A stretch of DNA of 60,708 nt, filler included, from Dimargaris cristalligena (lineage: Eukaryota): assembly GCA_003614675.1 (NCBI GenBank). It is 4 parts of 4 records of this genome, joined end to end, with 100 filler letters (N's around TTAATTAATTAA, not from the genome) between each part and the next. Parts side by side here need not be neighbours in the genome. Positions count along the whole stretch, not along the records: positions 15,225 to 30,335 come from ML002911.1; positions 30,436 to 45,530 come from ML002912.1; 2 more parts are not named here. One strand, 5' to 3'. Made by a program: the position numbers and the translations under genes. Of this stretch, positions 27,947 through 38,597 are shown piece after piece. Under the pieces are notes generated by a model. The model searched no databases. It saw only the letters and a list, made by a program, of their open reading frames with translations, and was not told the origin of the DNA. Each line of letters begins with the position of its first letter. Positions within the stretch are counted from its first letter, which is position 1.

Positions 27947-29849
27947 CACCCCCTGCCCGTCTAAGGAGGGACCTCTGTATTTACAGGTTAGGTCAGCAGT
28001 AGACACTTGGGCTTCCTTAAAAACCTCCCCCCATGTTCTTGATTGGATCAAACATGGGGTTGCTATTCCCTGGAAAGAGGGCCCCCCGCCCCCATTCAAT
28101 ATTCCCGAGTCACCATTAGCCAGCCCAGACGAAGTGGGGTTTATGCAGTCTGAGATTCAACGGATGCTATTGGCTGGGGCTATTCGGGAAATCCCAACTA
28201 GTACCCATATCTCCCCCTCTTTCCTAATTCCCCGCAAGGGAGGTGGGTACCGTCTCATCACCGACCTTAGATACCTGAATAGGTTCTGTCGATCACGGAC
28301 TATGCGCTATGAAACTTGGGACGCCGTCAGGAACTTCATTCAGCCGGACCAGCGTGCAATCTCCTTTGATTTAAAAGATGGATATATGGCCATTGGTATC
28401 CACTGGAATTCTCAACAATATTTCCAAACTCGACTACTTGGGAAGGTCTACCAATTCAACACCCTTCCCTTTGGTTGGACCTTATCACCGTTTTTCTTCT
28501 GCAAAGCAATGAAGACCTTGACGTACACCCTCAGATCATGGGGACTAAGTTGTTTACCGTATCTTGATGATTACCTGGTCCTCTGTTCAGGTTCACTTAC
28601 TGAAATGGAAGTGACATCCCTCCAAGTACAACAATTACTCCGGTCCCTTGGTCTACGTCCCCACCCAACCAAGTGCCAGTGGTCACCAACACCCATTATT
28701 GACCACTTGGGTTTGACCTTGGATATCCCCCATCTCCGGTTCCATTTGACCAATGATTTTCATCAAAAACTATCGACTCAGGTACACCTCATTTTGAGGA
28801 AGGCCGCCCAGAGAAAGAGGATGGTGAAGGCCCGCTCCCTGGCTTCCCTGACAGGCCTGTTTCAATCTGCCCGACTTGTTTTCCCAGCTGTACGGATGTA
28901 TCTGCGATCTGTGTACCTTTGCCTAGCTACAAAAACGAGTTGGGAGGCCCCAGTAAAGCTCACAAATGCCGCCTATCGGGACCTCAAACGCTTGTACAAG
29001 ACCCTCCTGGAACCCCTCCTCAGCCATCCTGTCCCAGCCCCAGTTCGAACCCACATTTTAACCACTGATGCCAGTGGGCATGGCTTTGGGTGGACCTACG
29101 ATTCTGACCTTGGCCATGGGCTGTGGACACAGAAAGAAGCCCCACTCCATATTACTGCATTGGAACTGATAGCGGTGGAAAGGGCATTACTTGAAAATCA
29201 TCACAAGATGAATGGCCATAAGATTCAGCTGAGAACAGATGCCACCTGTGTAGTAGCGGCTATAAATGGCTATGGTTCTCGTAGTCCACTGTTAAATCGG
29301 ATAGTGCGCCGGATTTGGGATCTAGTGGCTAAGAACAACATTATCATTTTTGGGGGAGCAAGTCATTTAGCGGGGATTATGAATATTGAGGCTGATTTCC
29401 TATCACGGATCAATCAGCATGGAGATTGGAAGCTGGATCGGCGATTATTCCTATCGCTGGACCAGTCCTATGGGCCGCACACTATGGACTGGTTTGCCAG
29501 CCCATGGAATGCCCAATTGACCCGGTTTTGCACCCTGAGGGAGCATCCAAGGGCTACCTGGGTTGATGCATTTACTCAAGACTGGTCACAGGAGAATGGT
29601 TGGTTCAACCCACCCTTTGGAATAATCGGTCGAGTTATCACAAAGATAATCCAGGAAAAGGCCCGGGGGACAATTGTACTACCCCTATGGAGAGGCCAAC
29701 CATGGTGGCCCACTCTCCAGTTGAATGCCCGAGTAATCACAGAGCTGCCAACACATGGACAGTGGGCAATACCACCGGCAGGGTCGCCCCATTTGATGCC
29801 TGAGCCGTTCCTAAATCGCCGTTGGAAAATGGTGATAGCCCGTTTTTAA
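27897..29849 (+). CDS. DIRS-type pol: reverse transcriptase + RNase H + Dam-like N6-adenine methyltransferase
   Basis: RT: YRLITDLRYLN, DLKDGY, LPFG, YLDD. RNase H: TTDAS, HITALELIAV, TDA, NIEADFLSR. MTase: DWFAS, DAFTQDW, NPPF, VLPLWRGQPWW. The frame is open from 27879 and the first ATG is at about 28143. Confidence 0.93.
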   Translation: MLRQTQQWVSLAPVRINTPCPSKEGPLYLQVRSAVDTWASLKTSPHVLDWIKHGVAIPWKEGPPPPFNIPESPLASPDEVGFMQSEIQRMLLAGAIREIPTSTHISPSFLIPRKGGGYRLITDLRYLNRFCRSRTMRYETWDAVRNFIQPDQRAISFDLKDGYMAIGIHWNSQQYFQTRLLGKVYQFNTLPFGWTLSPFFFCKAMKTLTYTLRSWGLSCLPYLDDYLVLCSGSLTEMEVTSLQVQQLLRSLGLRPHPTKCQWSPTPIIDHLGLTLDIPHLRFHLTNDFHQKLSTQVHLILRKAAQRKRMVKARSLASLTGLFQSARLVFPAVRMYLRSVYLCLATKTSWEAPVKLTNAAYRDLKRLYKTLLEPLLSHPVPAPVRTHILTTDASGHGFGWTYDSDLGHGLWTQKEAPLHITALELIAVERALLENHHKMNGHKIQLRTDATCVVAAINGYGSRSPLLNRIVRRIWDLVAKNNIIIFGGASHLAGIMNIEADFLSRINQHGDWKLDRRLFLSLDQSYGPHTMDWFASPWNAQLTRFCTLREHPRATWVDAFTQDWSQENGWFNPPFGIIGRVITKIIQEKARGTIVLPLWRGQPWWPTLQLNARVITELPTHGQWAIPPAGSPHLMPEPFLNRRWKMVIARF

Positions 29850-30281
29850 GAATGCTATGTAGGATCGGGGGTATCTCTCTACCCTATCTTTGATTCCATA
29901 TTTTCCATCCTTTACTTATTTATACCTAGCCCAAGTGAATCCCCGGTCTGTACTTGAAAAAACTGACCCCACTAACCAAGTTTGAGGATATCAGGTCTGA
30001 CGGGGTACAATTCCCCGATCAAAGAGTAGAACAATTGCAAGTGCTTACTTGGGCCTGCTGGGATACTCTAGAGCCTATGTAGTCCAATCGATGGATTACC
30101 TTACTATATCATAAGGATCCAAAAGAAATTTAGTTGTTTTCATTTAGCATTTAGTCCACCATTAGTTAGTTATTTCATCAGCTTATATTCTTTATATTAT
30201 CCAGAGCTATTTGGAAACTCCTTGTATTGGAGTTATTTTTCCGAGAGGTAGAGTTATTGGGAATAGGCATCTATCAATGAT

Positions 30282-30335
30282 AATTCGTTTTTAAAAAACT
30301 CATTATGTTAATAGAGGGGAAAGAAAAATTTTTCC
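30282..30335 (+). repeat. Right copy of the retroelement direct repeat (runs into the gap)
   Basis: Identical to 26931-26984; the contig ends inside it. Confidence 0.92.
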
Positions 30336-30435
30336 NNNNNNNNNNNNNNNNNNNNNNNNNNNNNNNNNNNNNNNNNNNNTTAATTAATTAANNNNNNNNN
30401 NNNNNNNNNNNNNNNNNNNNNNNNNNNNNNNNNNN
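30336..30435. other. Artificial contig linker
   Basis: 100-nt N run containing TTAATTAATTAA. Confidence 0.97.
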
Positions 30436-30531
30436 CGCCCCGCCTACTGTTAGAAGCCTACCCCCGAGACTCTTGACGGACTAAGAGTGGTTAACTCGGG
30501 CGACACTCCAAGTTTGGATATAATTATTAGA

Positions 30532-30674
30532 TATGGGAGAAGCTCAATGTGAATGTAAAGGGGTTGAATGATATGAGTACAGGAAAAAAGACGGGCAGTT
30601 CATTTTTAATCAGCCGATTTTGCCTCATCCAACGGATTTTTCGTTATACGACCTAGTTAAACATCTCTTACATA
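30532..30674 (-). mobile_element. MITE-like interspersed repeat, copy 3 (143 bp)
   Basis: TATGGGAGAAGCTC...GCCTCATCCAACGGATTTTTCGTTATACG...TACATA; colinear with copies 1 and 2 plus about 13 extra internal nt. Confidence 0.7.
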
Positions 30675-31276
30675 TAAAGATTGTTTTATGAGGGCATAGT
30701 TCAATCAGGATAGTACGCCGGTTTAAATTATAACGCGGTTTTTTTATTAAGACCGATAGGGCCCGTAACTGCCCATTGCTCTTGGGTGGCGCATTCTCAC
30801 TGGGGGGGAGGAGGGGGTCAAGCAGCTGCTTTATCATTTCGGCAGCGGGCCCCTTCCGTCAGTTGCACCACTTTGTAAGGACCTACAGTGTAACCATATA
30901 CCCATGCCTATGGATACACAAAATTGGCCCCTTCCAAGCTAAAAAGGCCGCCGGGGCCAAAATCAACAATACAGTACAGTTGATGCACAGGTACTACTTG
31001 ATGATAATGGGCTGCGACAGGCAAATGCTATAACCGCCTCCATAAGCTAGTCGCCACTCACTGGCCTTTGCATACGGGCTCCGAACATCCCAATGAAGAA
31101 TCTATGTTCTACACGTAAGAAATAGGGGCTGCGTTATTCCCGACTATTCGTCTACATCCCAGTGAACATGCCAGCAGAATGAGGAGAGGGAATCTGCCGC
31201 CCCTTTCCTTCAACTAAAAAAAAAATAGATACAAAAACTCTATACTCTTTGAAACTGGTGACGCTTTCTCTAAAAA

Positions 31277-31283
31277 TATAAAA
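31277..31283 (+). promoter_or_regulatory. Putative TATA box of the RlpA-like gene
   Basis: TATAAAA about 165 nt upstream of the ATG. Confidence 0.4.
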
Positions 31284-31441
31284 GGACCACTAGCCGCCCG
31301 ACTTTTGAATTGATCATCAACACCCTCACCCTTCCCACAGTTTTTGCAATAACTTCTGGTAGAATCTAGTCCATACCGACGATTACCCACCCCCTCCCTA
31401 TCCTATCTATTACTCTCTGACCACCACCACCCCTATTCATT

Positions 31442-32062
31442 ATGGTTCATATCTTCATCACCGCACTAGCCCTGGGTCTATCTACCCTCTTGACGACCTA
31501 CGCAGTCACCGTCCCCGCCGGCCATACACACGAGATTATCAAGCACCCCAACGGCCAGGGCCATAGCCATGTCTGCAAACATACGAAGAAAATAGGTGCT
31601 ACCGAGTCACAACTGACCACTAAGACGGTATGGTGCAGTGAAGGTGTTCACCACGGCGAACATGAAGATGTCCTGCATGGCGATGAACACCACCATGCCA
31701 CTCAGGCGGCTCAGCAGCAAGGGCGGGGGCAAAACCCCTATTATACCACCAGTCAGGCCAATGCTAAACTGGGGAGCTTTGTACAGGTTGGCGTCGGTGC
31801 CTGTGGTAAATCATACACCCAGGATGATTTCGTCGTTGCAGTCCAACCGGCTCTGTTTAAGACCGGCGGTAACCCCAATCTCGATCCCATCTGTGACCAA
31901 TACGTTCTGCTGCAGAATGGGCCCAAAACGGTCCATGCGCGAATCACTGAAAAATGTCATGATTGTGCTGAGAATCAGGTTGTGGGCACCAAGGCTATTT
32001 GGAAAGCCCTCGGGATCTCGACTGACAAGGGCGTAACTGATATTCACCTGAAATTCCTTTAA
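31442..32062 (+). CDS. Secreted RlpA-like double-psi beta-barrel (loosenin/expansin-related) protein with His-rich N-terminal region
   Basis: Hydrophobic signal peptide; GVGACG, DFVVAV, NPNLDPIC, TVHARITEKCHDC and AIWKALG follow the fungal DPBB/RlpA pattern. Confidence 0.85.
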   Translation: MVHIFITALALGLSTLLTTYAVTVPAGHTHEIIKHPNGQGHSHVCKHTKKIGATESQLTTKTVWCSEGVHHGEHEDVLHGDEHHHATQAAQQQGRGQNPYYTTSQANAKLGSFVQVGVGACGKSYTQDDFVVAVQPALFKTGGNPNLDPICDQYVLLQNGPKTVHARITEKCHDCAENQVVGTKAIWKALGISTDKGVTDIHLKFL

Positions 32063-33963
32063 ATGGAGAGATTTCTTTTCTAAACACCTTTGATTATCTT
32101 TTTAATTAGTATACACTCCACCCAATGTCAGTAAATTATTCTGATAAGAGCCGGGGAGTGCTCAATTGCACAATAAATTTTTATGATTTTACTTTTATTT
32201 CAATCAACCCACCTAGTTCAGGGGAGGAGATAAACAATAGCTATTCACCACACCAAATATAACGTCATACTTGCAATGGTATGTGCAAATCCTCCACTGC
32301 ATTCATAACATACTTCCCAAACCATGCCCATCCTTAGGCATAATTGTAGTATATTTTGTATAATTAACATTGGTTAGGTACTAATGAACGAAACAAAATT
32401 GCGCCAACACGATAATACGAATTCAGCTATTCTAAATGGCCCATTTCCACCGATAGTGCCTTAGGGCAGGGTGCATAGCCGATTGGTTTCTGATTCTGTG
32501 TTTTTAGACGAGACCGGCAGATACTTCACTTGTGGAACTAGCTTGCTCCAATGTATTAAATTTCACCAAAGAAGTTTCCGTATACTATTTTTGTCTAGAT
32601 CTTGCTATAGTAGCAGGCCACTCGACCAATATGGTGGCTAGTGCGACCACTGGTCTAACGGGAGGATATGCACTAGGCAGCTTCTATCACCGCCATCAGC
32701 CTCAGTTATCCTCTAGTACCAAATACATTTACTTTCTTTGCTTTTCCCTTACCGATGGGCATATACACCACACTCCCAGTCTCTCCCATTTAGCTCTCAA
32801 CATTACAATAGCCTGAATTGTCGTATTTGAATTGTATGTCAAAATCACCCCATATGTATTTATTTGATCATTATTTTATTTCCTATTGCTCACCCCGTGC
32901 TATACCATTAATTAAGACATGCGAGCACATGCCGATTACCGGTTAACGTAGCGAGGAAATCGACGTTAGTTAGCTTCAGCGAAATCCGTATACGGCAAAT
33001 GGCCGAAATTGATTGCTATCCTGGTATTTTATTAAGACTAATGACGAGTGAACCTACTCCACAACTAAGGGAGGTATTATATGTAAATGTTGATGGTTAA
33101 ATACGAACTCATACTACATAAGTAGCTGAGCAATGGGACCTTCCGCGCGCCCTGACCTCGAATATCCGTATAAGGTATGTCTTCAACACAAGGCTGTGAG
33201 CAGGCCACTTGTTAGACAACCCGATATTAAATGCTAACAAGTTTGTTGAGTCGCGGAACTTGAATTTTCCGGGGTTGGCTGTGCCATGGCCTCGCTATTT
33301 TAGTAACAAATAAATACAGTTTATTTCTACGTCGCGGTTAACTTGGATCGTCTAGGTGAACAAAGGGGTGTGGCTCCGCTGGAAATGATCCAATAAATAC
33401 CGAAGATATGCGGTGCTTACTTATATAGCTATGTAAATGTGTAAATCCCCAGATATGTCTACCTCTCTAAGCCCATACCCCTATTATTGTACGCTGCTTT
33501 TCTGCTGACTACCTATATGTGTTTAATCCCGGGCTGCTAAAATATGCCAGGGCTGAGTTTGTGGGGGCCCCCTACTTTGGTCATGAATTATTTACCAACC
33601 GATAGATGGCGATTAACTCCAGGTTTGCCAGATATATACGGTTCTTTAACCTTGTGCTTAAAATCCCGCGATTTTCCCACCAACCCTGATTTTATATACC
33701 ACACTAATTCTGCGAAACTGGCGCAGTGATGCCTGCCACTCATTTACCCATCTCGGGGTTACCTATACCCTGGCCGCGGTAGCTTCATTCTCCACCCTGT
33801 CTTCCATAAGCATCCGCAGAGCTTCCTTTCGGATTAGCCCCTTTTTTTCACATTCGTATCCCTGGTTTATTTTCTCCTCCTTCCCTTTCCTAAATCAGTT
33901 GGATTGTTGTTAAGTTCTTTCGGGCTCTCTTTCCCAGCGCCTGCCATTTGCACCTCGCCATCC

Positions 33964-35703
33964 ATGTTTTCCTCGGATGATCTCGTGTTCGGGGCGTACC
34001 TCGTCGCGGTATGCCTCGCCTTTCCGCTTCTACTGTGTCTCATCATAGTCAACGTGCACATCTTCCCCCTCCTCGACCAATTCGGGGTACCCTGCCCCTC
34101 TTTCCTGGCTCAGTCCTGGCAAACTATGTACGACCAGTTCTTTGCCGCCCCATTGACCACTCACCTGGTACCCTATCTGCCCGCCCCGCTCGCCAATTTG
34201 ACCGACACCCTGGTTCAGTCCGGCGACGCGCTGAACGAGTACGTGGATAGTCTGGCCATTCAGGCCTGGGGGATTGGTCACTCCATCTACCAGGAGTGGT
34301 CAGCCCTACCCCTGGGCGATTGGCTCGTGGCGGGCCTTGTCCGACTCGGCCTGGCTCCTACTACAGCCGAGGCCTGGATCTACGGGGGTGCATTCCCTTA
34401 CAAGTCCTTCGTCATTGGCTTTGCCCTCGCCGTGTATCTCTTCGAAACGTACCTGGACTACCGCCAGCATCGTAAACTCAAGGAAAAGCAGCGGCCCGAG
34501 GGCATCGCCTCGATTGTCAGCCAGGACGACTTTGCCAAGGCCAATGCCTACGGCCTGGACAAGTCCCGCTTCAGTTTTGTGCAGTCCTTCGTCAGCCAGG
34601 CCCAATCGCTGCTCTTCCTGAGCTTCGACGTGTTGCCCTGGCTTTGGGCCACCGTGGGCAGTTGCCTAGAGAGCTACGCCGGTCTCGGCCCCGAGTACGA
34701 GATCACGCAGTCTCTGGTCTTCTTCATTATCACTTCCGTGGCGTCGACTGTTCTCTCCCTCCCCTTCAATATCTTCTACACGTTCGTCATTGAAGAGCGC
34801 CACGGCTTCAATAAGCAGACCCTGCAGATGTTCTTTGCCGATACCGTCAAGGAGCTCCTGGTGGGCGCCGTGATTGGCCTGCCGACCATCGCCGGGTTCT
34901 TGCGGATTACCCAGTGGGCCGGCCCCCATTTCTATGTCTATGTCTGGGGCTTCGTGGTAGCTCTCCAGATTACCCTGGTTACCATTTATCCTACCATCAT
35001 CCAACCCCTCTTCAACAAACTGACGCCTCTGGAACCCGGTCAATTGCGGTCCCAGATCGAGGCTCTGGCCGCTCGGGTGCACTTCCCCCTGACCAAGCTC
35101 TACGTCATTGACGGTAGCAAGCGTTCGGCCCACAGCAACGCCTACTTCTACGGGTTCTTCAAGAATAAACGCATCGTGCTCTACGACACCCTGCTCGACC
35201 ACACCGACTCTGAGGAAATCTGCGCTATCCTAGGCCATGAACTGGGCCACTGGCAAATGAACCACACTATCAAGTTATTCTTCATTACCCAACTGCACAT
35301 GTTCTCGCTGTTCTACCTATTCAGTCTAACCGTTCATAACCAGGCCATGTTTGCCAGCTTCGGCTTCCTCTCGGATGCGGCCACTGCCTCGGTGGGCAAC
35401 CCCACCCCCCTGCTGATTGGATTTATGCTTTTCCAATACCTGTACATGCCCGTGGAAAACGTCATGAGTTTCCTCATGAACATCCTCTCCCGGCACAATG
35501 AGTTTGAGGCCGACGCCTACGCCTTCCACCTGGGCTACACCCAGCCCCTCAGTTCGGCCCTGATTAAACTGCAGCTCAAGAACCTGGGCAACATGAATCC
35601 GGACCCTTGGTACTCAGCGTACCACTACTCCCATCCACCTCTGGTCGAGCGTCTACACGCCTTGGAGTCGCTGGCAGCTCAGGTGGACAAGAAGACTAGC
35701 TAG
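33964..35703 (+). CDS. STE24: CaaX prenyl protease 1 (M48 zinc metalloprotease); start at 33964 or 34126
   Basis: FETYLDYRQ, FVIEERHGFNKQT, IDGSKRSAHSNAYFYG, HELGH zinc motif, EFEADAYA and HYSHPPLVERL. Confidence 0.96.
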   Translation: MFSSDDLVFGAYLVAVCLAFPLLLCLIIVNVHIFPLLDQFGVPCPSFLAQSWQTMYDQFFAAPLTTHLVPYLPAPLANLTDTLVQSGDALNEYVDSLAIQAWGIGHSIYQEWSALPLGDWLVAGLVRLGLAPTTAEAWIYGGAFPYKSFVIGFALAVYLFETYLDYRQHRKLKEKQRPEGIASIVSQDDFAKANAYGLDKSRFSFVQSFVSQAQSLLFLSFDVLPWLWATVGSCLESYAGLGPEYEITQSLVFFIITSVASTVLSLPFNIFYTFVIEERHGFNKQTLQMFFADTVKELLVGAVIGLPTIAGFLRITQWAGPHFYVYVWGFVVALQITLVTIYPTIIQPLFNKLTPLEPGQLRSQIEALAARVHFPLTKLYVIDGSKRSAHSNAYFYGFFKNKRIVLYDTLLDHTDSEEICAILGHELGHWQMNHTIKLFFITQLHMFSLFYLFSLTVHNQAMFASFGFLSDAATASVGNPTPLLIGFMLFQYLYMPVENVMSFLMNILSRHNEFEADAYAFHLGYTQPLSSALIKLQLKNLGNMNPDPWYSAYHYSHPPLVERLHALESLAAQVDKKTS

Positions 35704-36102
35704 AGGGTAGGGGGTTCGTTCAGCCTCTGTGTTCCCTTTTCCCCCTGTCTAATATCTCCATCAACCGCGCTTCATATATTTCTCTATTTTCGCTTTATTT
35801 TGTCACTCGAAAAACAACCGCTCGTACAATTTCTTTTTTTATTTTATGCAGTAAATGTAACTATGGCTACATTACCTTTCTAGAATTAGCCAGTTTAGTT
35901 CTCCATTTCATTATTACGCTTTCCTGATTTCAAATAAATTCAGAAATATGACCGGGTTTCTTAACCAAATCTTCGTGCAATGAAGGCATCGGTTCCGGTA
36001 TCAGGGCAGGGATATATACTTAAAGCTTTGGTAAACCGATAAAGTATATTATTGGCAAGAATGAATGGTAGACACTCATTATGATTTTCGTCAGAACTTG
36101 AA

Positions 36103-36244
36103 TTTAGGTGAGATTCAATTCGACGGCATAGGATTTTACATGATATATGTGTGGGGAAATACAAGATGAATGTATTTTCAACCGGTAAAATTGGTCTCAG
36201 CAAATACTTTTTTTCGTTTTTATAGCTCGACTAAACCTCGCGTA
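36103..36244 (-). mobile_element. MITE-like interspersed repeat, copy 4 (strongly diverged)
   Basis: TAGGTGAGATTC...ATAGGATTTTACATGATATATGTGTGGG...AACCGGTAAAATTGGTCTCAGC...TTTTTCGTT; colinear with and the same length as the other copies. Confidence 0.5.
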
Positions 36245-36446
36245 TTTACTAATGTGAGAAGGATTGGAACGGTGTGATTTATATGAAAAACATAACTGTG
36301 GAAACGCCCTTTGCTGTAAGATTTCAAAATAGAAAATGGGTCCACGGGTACAGGGGAATCCGTAGGTACCACCAAACCCTTCATTCCACAGGAATAGCCA
36401 AAGGACTACAGGCCTCGCGTACAGTTCAGCTGTTGTGGATGTGTCG

Positions 36447-38597
36447 TTATCTAAAAGGATAGTGCTGGGGCATCGGGAAAGTTATTGGGGGTTGGCTGCG
36501 CCGTTCACGTAGCGCCTGGAAATCAGTAGCGAGAAGTTGAGCGGTGTTGCGTCCAGCAATCATGGCGTTCTCGGTGGTCTAAATACGGTCATAAAATAGA
36601 GCATTAAAACACGAAAGAAATAGCGAGGGATATTGTGAGTTGACGAATACTATATAATGCCGATATTTACAAACGAGTGTCCCAACGCTTATTACATATC
36701 AAATGCGACCTACATAGACAAACGCATCCATAGCATTGGGATAGTAGACTCGTTCATGCAATTTAATGGGTGGAAAGGTCCCCTCCTCTCGTGGAGTTAG
36801 TTCTGGGCAAAGGAAATATTCTTCGCTATGGGTCCAAAGCCGGTTCTCGAATAAGATGTTAAGCTCCCTTTGGGCCAAAGGTCTATATGAGGAAATCTTA
36901 GTGAGCACTGTATTTTCCCGTGGGTTGTAGTGCCAGTTGCGGATGTTCAGCTCCCTGGCTAAGCGCTCAATCTCGAATTCAGTTAATGTTCGGATCGTTG
37001 TAATGGAGTTGAACAGACCCTCTTCAATGGGCTCTTCGGTGGAGACGATGTGGTCGTAAGAGTGGCGGGGTCGCCAGAACTGAGTGCGACTTGTCCGGGT
37101 CTGGACGTTAAAGTAAGGCCATTTGAGTTGGCCCACCACCACGGTCGTATAAACGGTCCGGTACTTGATGCGATTCACCGACGGAGAATGGAACAGGCTA
37201 TTCAGAATCAGGTTGTGAGCGGAATTCGAATCCTGGGGGACTGCCACCACCACGGCGTCATAATAGTCAAACCGACCATCTACGGTTACCACTCTATACA
37301 TTACGTCAGGTCCGGGAAAATAGCTAATCTCCGCGACTTTTGTATTGAACCTTACTCGAGTCCGACTACGGTTGATCATACCGTACACCAGCTGATGAAG
37401 GCCCCCTTTAATTTCAATTCGGTCTTGGGGATCAATGACCACCGCCAGAGCCGCCCAATGGATATTTCCTGGCGATTGGTAAAGTTCAAGTCGAACACGT
37501 GCCTCCAACGCAGCCCTGCGTTCCTGATCCTCCGCACCATTCGACACCTTGGCACCTGGTCCAGCGTGCATTACCTCAAATTTAAACCTAGAGTTGGACA
37601 ATCCCTCTTCCATTGTACTAAACGAAGGTTTCCCGCCGCCAAATGCACCGTATCCTTTTGCCTAAATTTCGAACAATTTCCGTAATCGCAATCCAAAAGT
37701 CGTGATTAATTAAAAAGTAAATTTCTCAGACTTCCGTGTCAGGTCATGATTAGTCAGTATAAAAAGGCGGGCATTCTCCAATGGGCTGGGTTGGGGGATA
37801 CGCAGTTCTGAGGAAATAACATCAACAGACCCACTGGTATTGATAATCGCGAGGCTAGGTAATGAATATATTGTAACTCACCATTCCCTTGGACCAAAGT
37901 CCATAATGCGATGCGGGCCGATAAGCGCTGAGGGATTCCAAAGTACTATCGCCTAATTTAAGATTCGTTCCATCCCAAATCCCCAATTTACTCTCGAAAA
38001 ATACGGTCGATGAGACGATTGATAGATCCAGTTCTCGGGCAACTTCAGCTATGCAGCTGTCCCCTTCGTGAAAATAGCTGTGTCCTACAAATACATCGGT
38101 ATCTTGTAACGGGGCGGGAAGGCGAATTCGCCGAGCCTGACCGCCAACGTCGCCGGATTGTTCATAAATAACGATTTCAGCGGGAATTTTAAGCTCATTG
38201 AGTTGCTTTTGGACATAGTACGCCGAGGACACGCCATACACACCTCCACCTGGATGTTTAATTTTAAGAGTTCAGTACGCCTCGAGACAAAGTATGATTT
38301 TTAGTGAACGGGAATGTAGAACTTAGGATAAACCACCAAAATAGTCGATTATGTCAACAATAACAAAAGGCAACCCGATTAAAATGTGTGGAACACTGGG
38401 GTTGTCTTGGGTATATAGTATAGATGGTTAACTTGGACCACCCCCAAAAGGATATATATAAGTCGAATGGCCATATCCTAAACTGGACTCCAGAGGAACT
38501 TACCGACAATAGCAATACGAACTGGTTGAGCCACCGCGCTCCTAAGCACTACTCCGGTTAAGCAAAAACTGAAGTAAAGGGTAGGTATAATATACAT
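36447..38597 (-). CDS. Secreted prenylcysteine oxidase/lyase-like flavoprotein, paralog A; exons 38597-38504, 38249-37882, 37661-36714, 36578-36447
   Basis: Signal peptide; FAD Rossmann motif VRIAIVGGGVYG...YEQSGDVGG; GIWDG; YDAVVVAVP; IKLHERVYYPNAMDAF...TENAMIAGRNTAQLL matches the PCYOX1-family C-terminus; in-phase GT-AG introns. Confidence 0.82.

Larger units (their letters stand above)
26931..30335 (+). mobile_element. DIRS-order (PAT/Ngaro-like, direct-repeat) retrotransposon, truncated by the contig end
   Basis: Internal RT-RNase H-MTase ORF bracketed by an identical 54-bp direct repeat at 26931-26984 and 30282-30335. Confidence 0.85.

Noticed and set aside
29939..30082. Short frame ...EDIRSDGV...VLTWACWDTLEPM with R-to-W spacing like a tyrosine recombinase C-terminus
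   Set aside because: Lacks the His of HxxR and the catalytic Tyr, and is bounded by stops. Too weak without an HMM hit, though worth including in the YR search.
30463..30500. Stem-loop CCCGAG-ACTCTT...AAGAGT...CTCGGG near a contig start
   Set aside because: Single occurrence without context; cannot be distinguished from chance.
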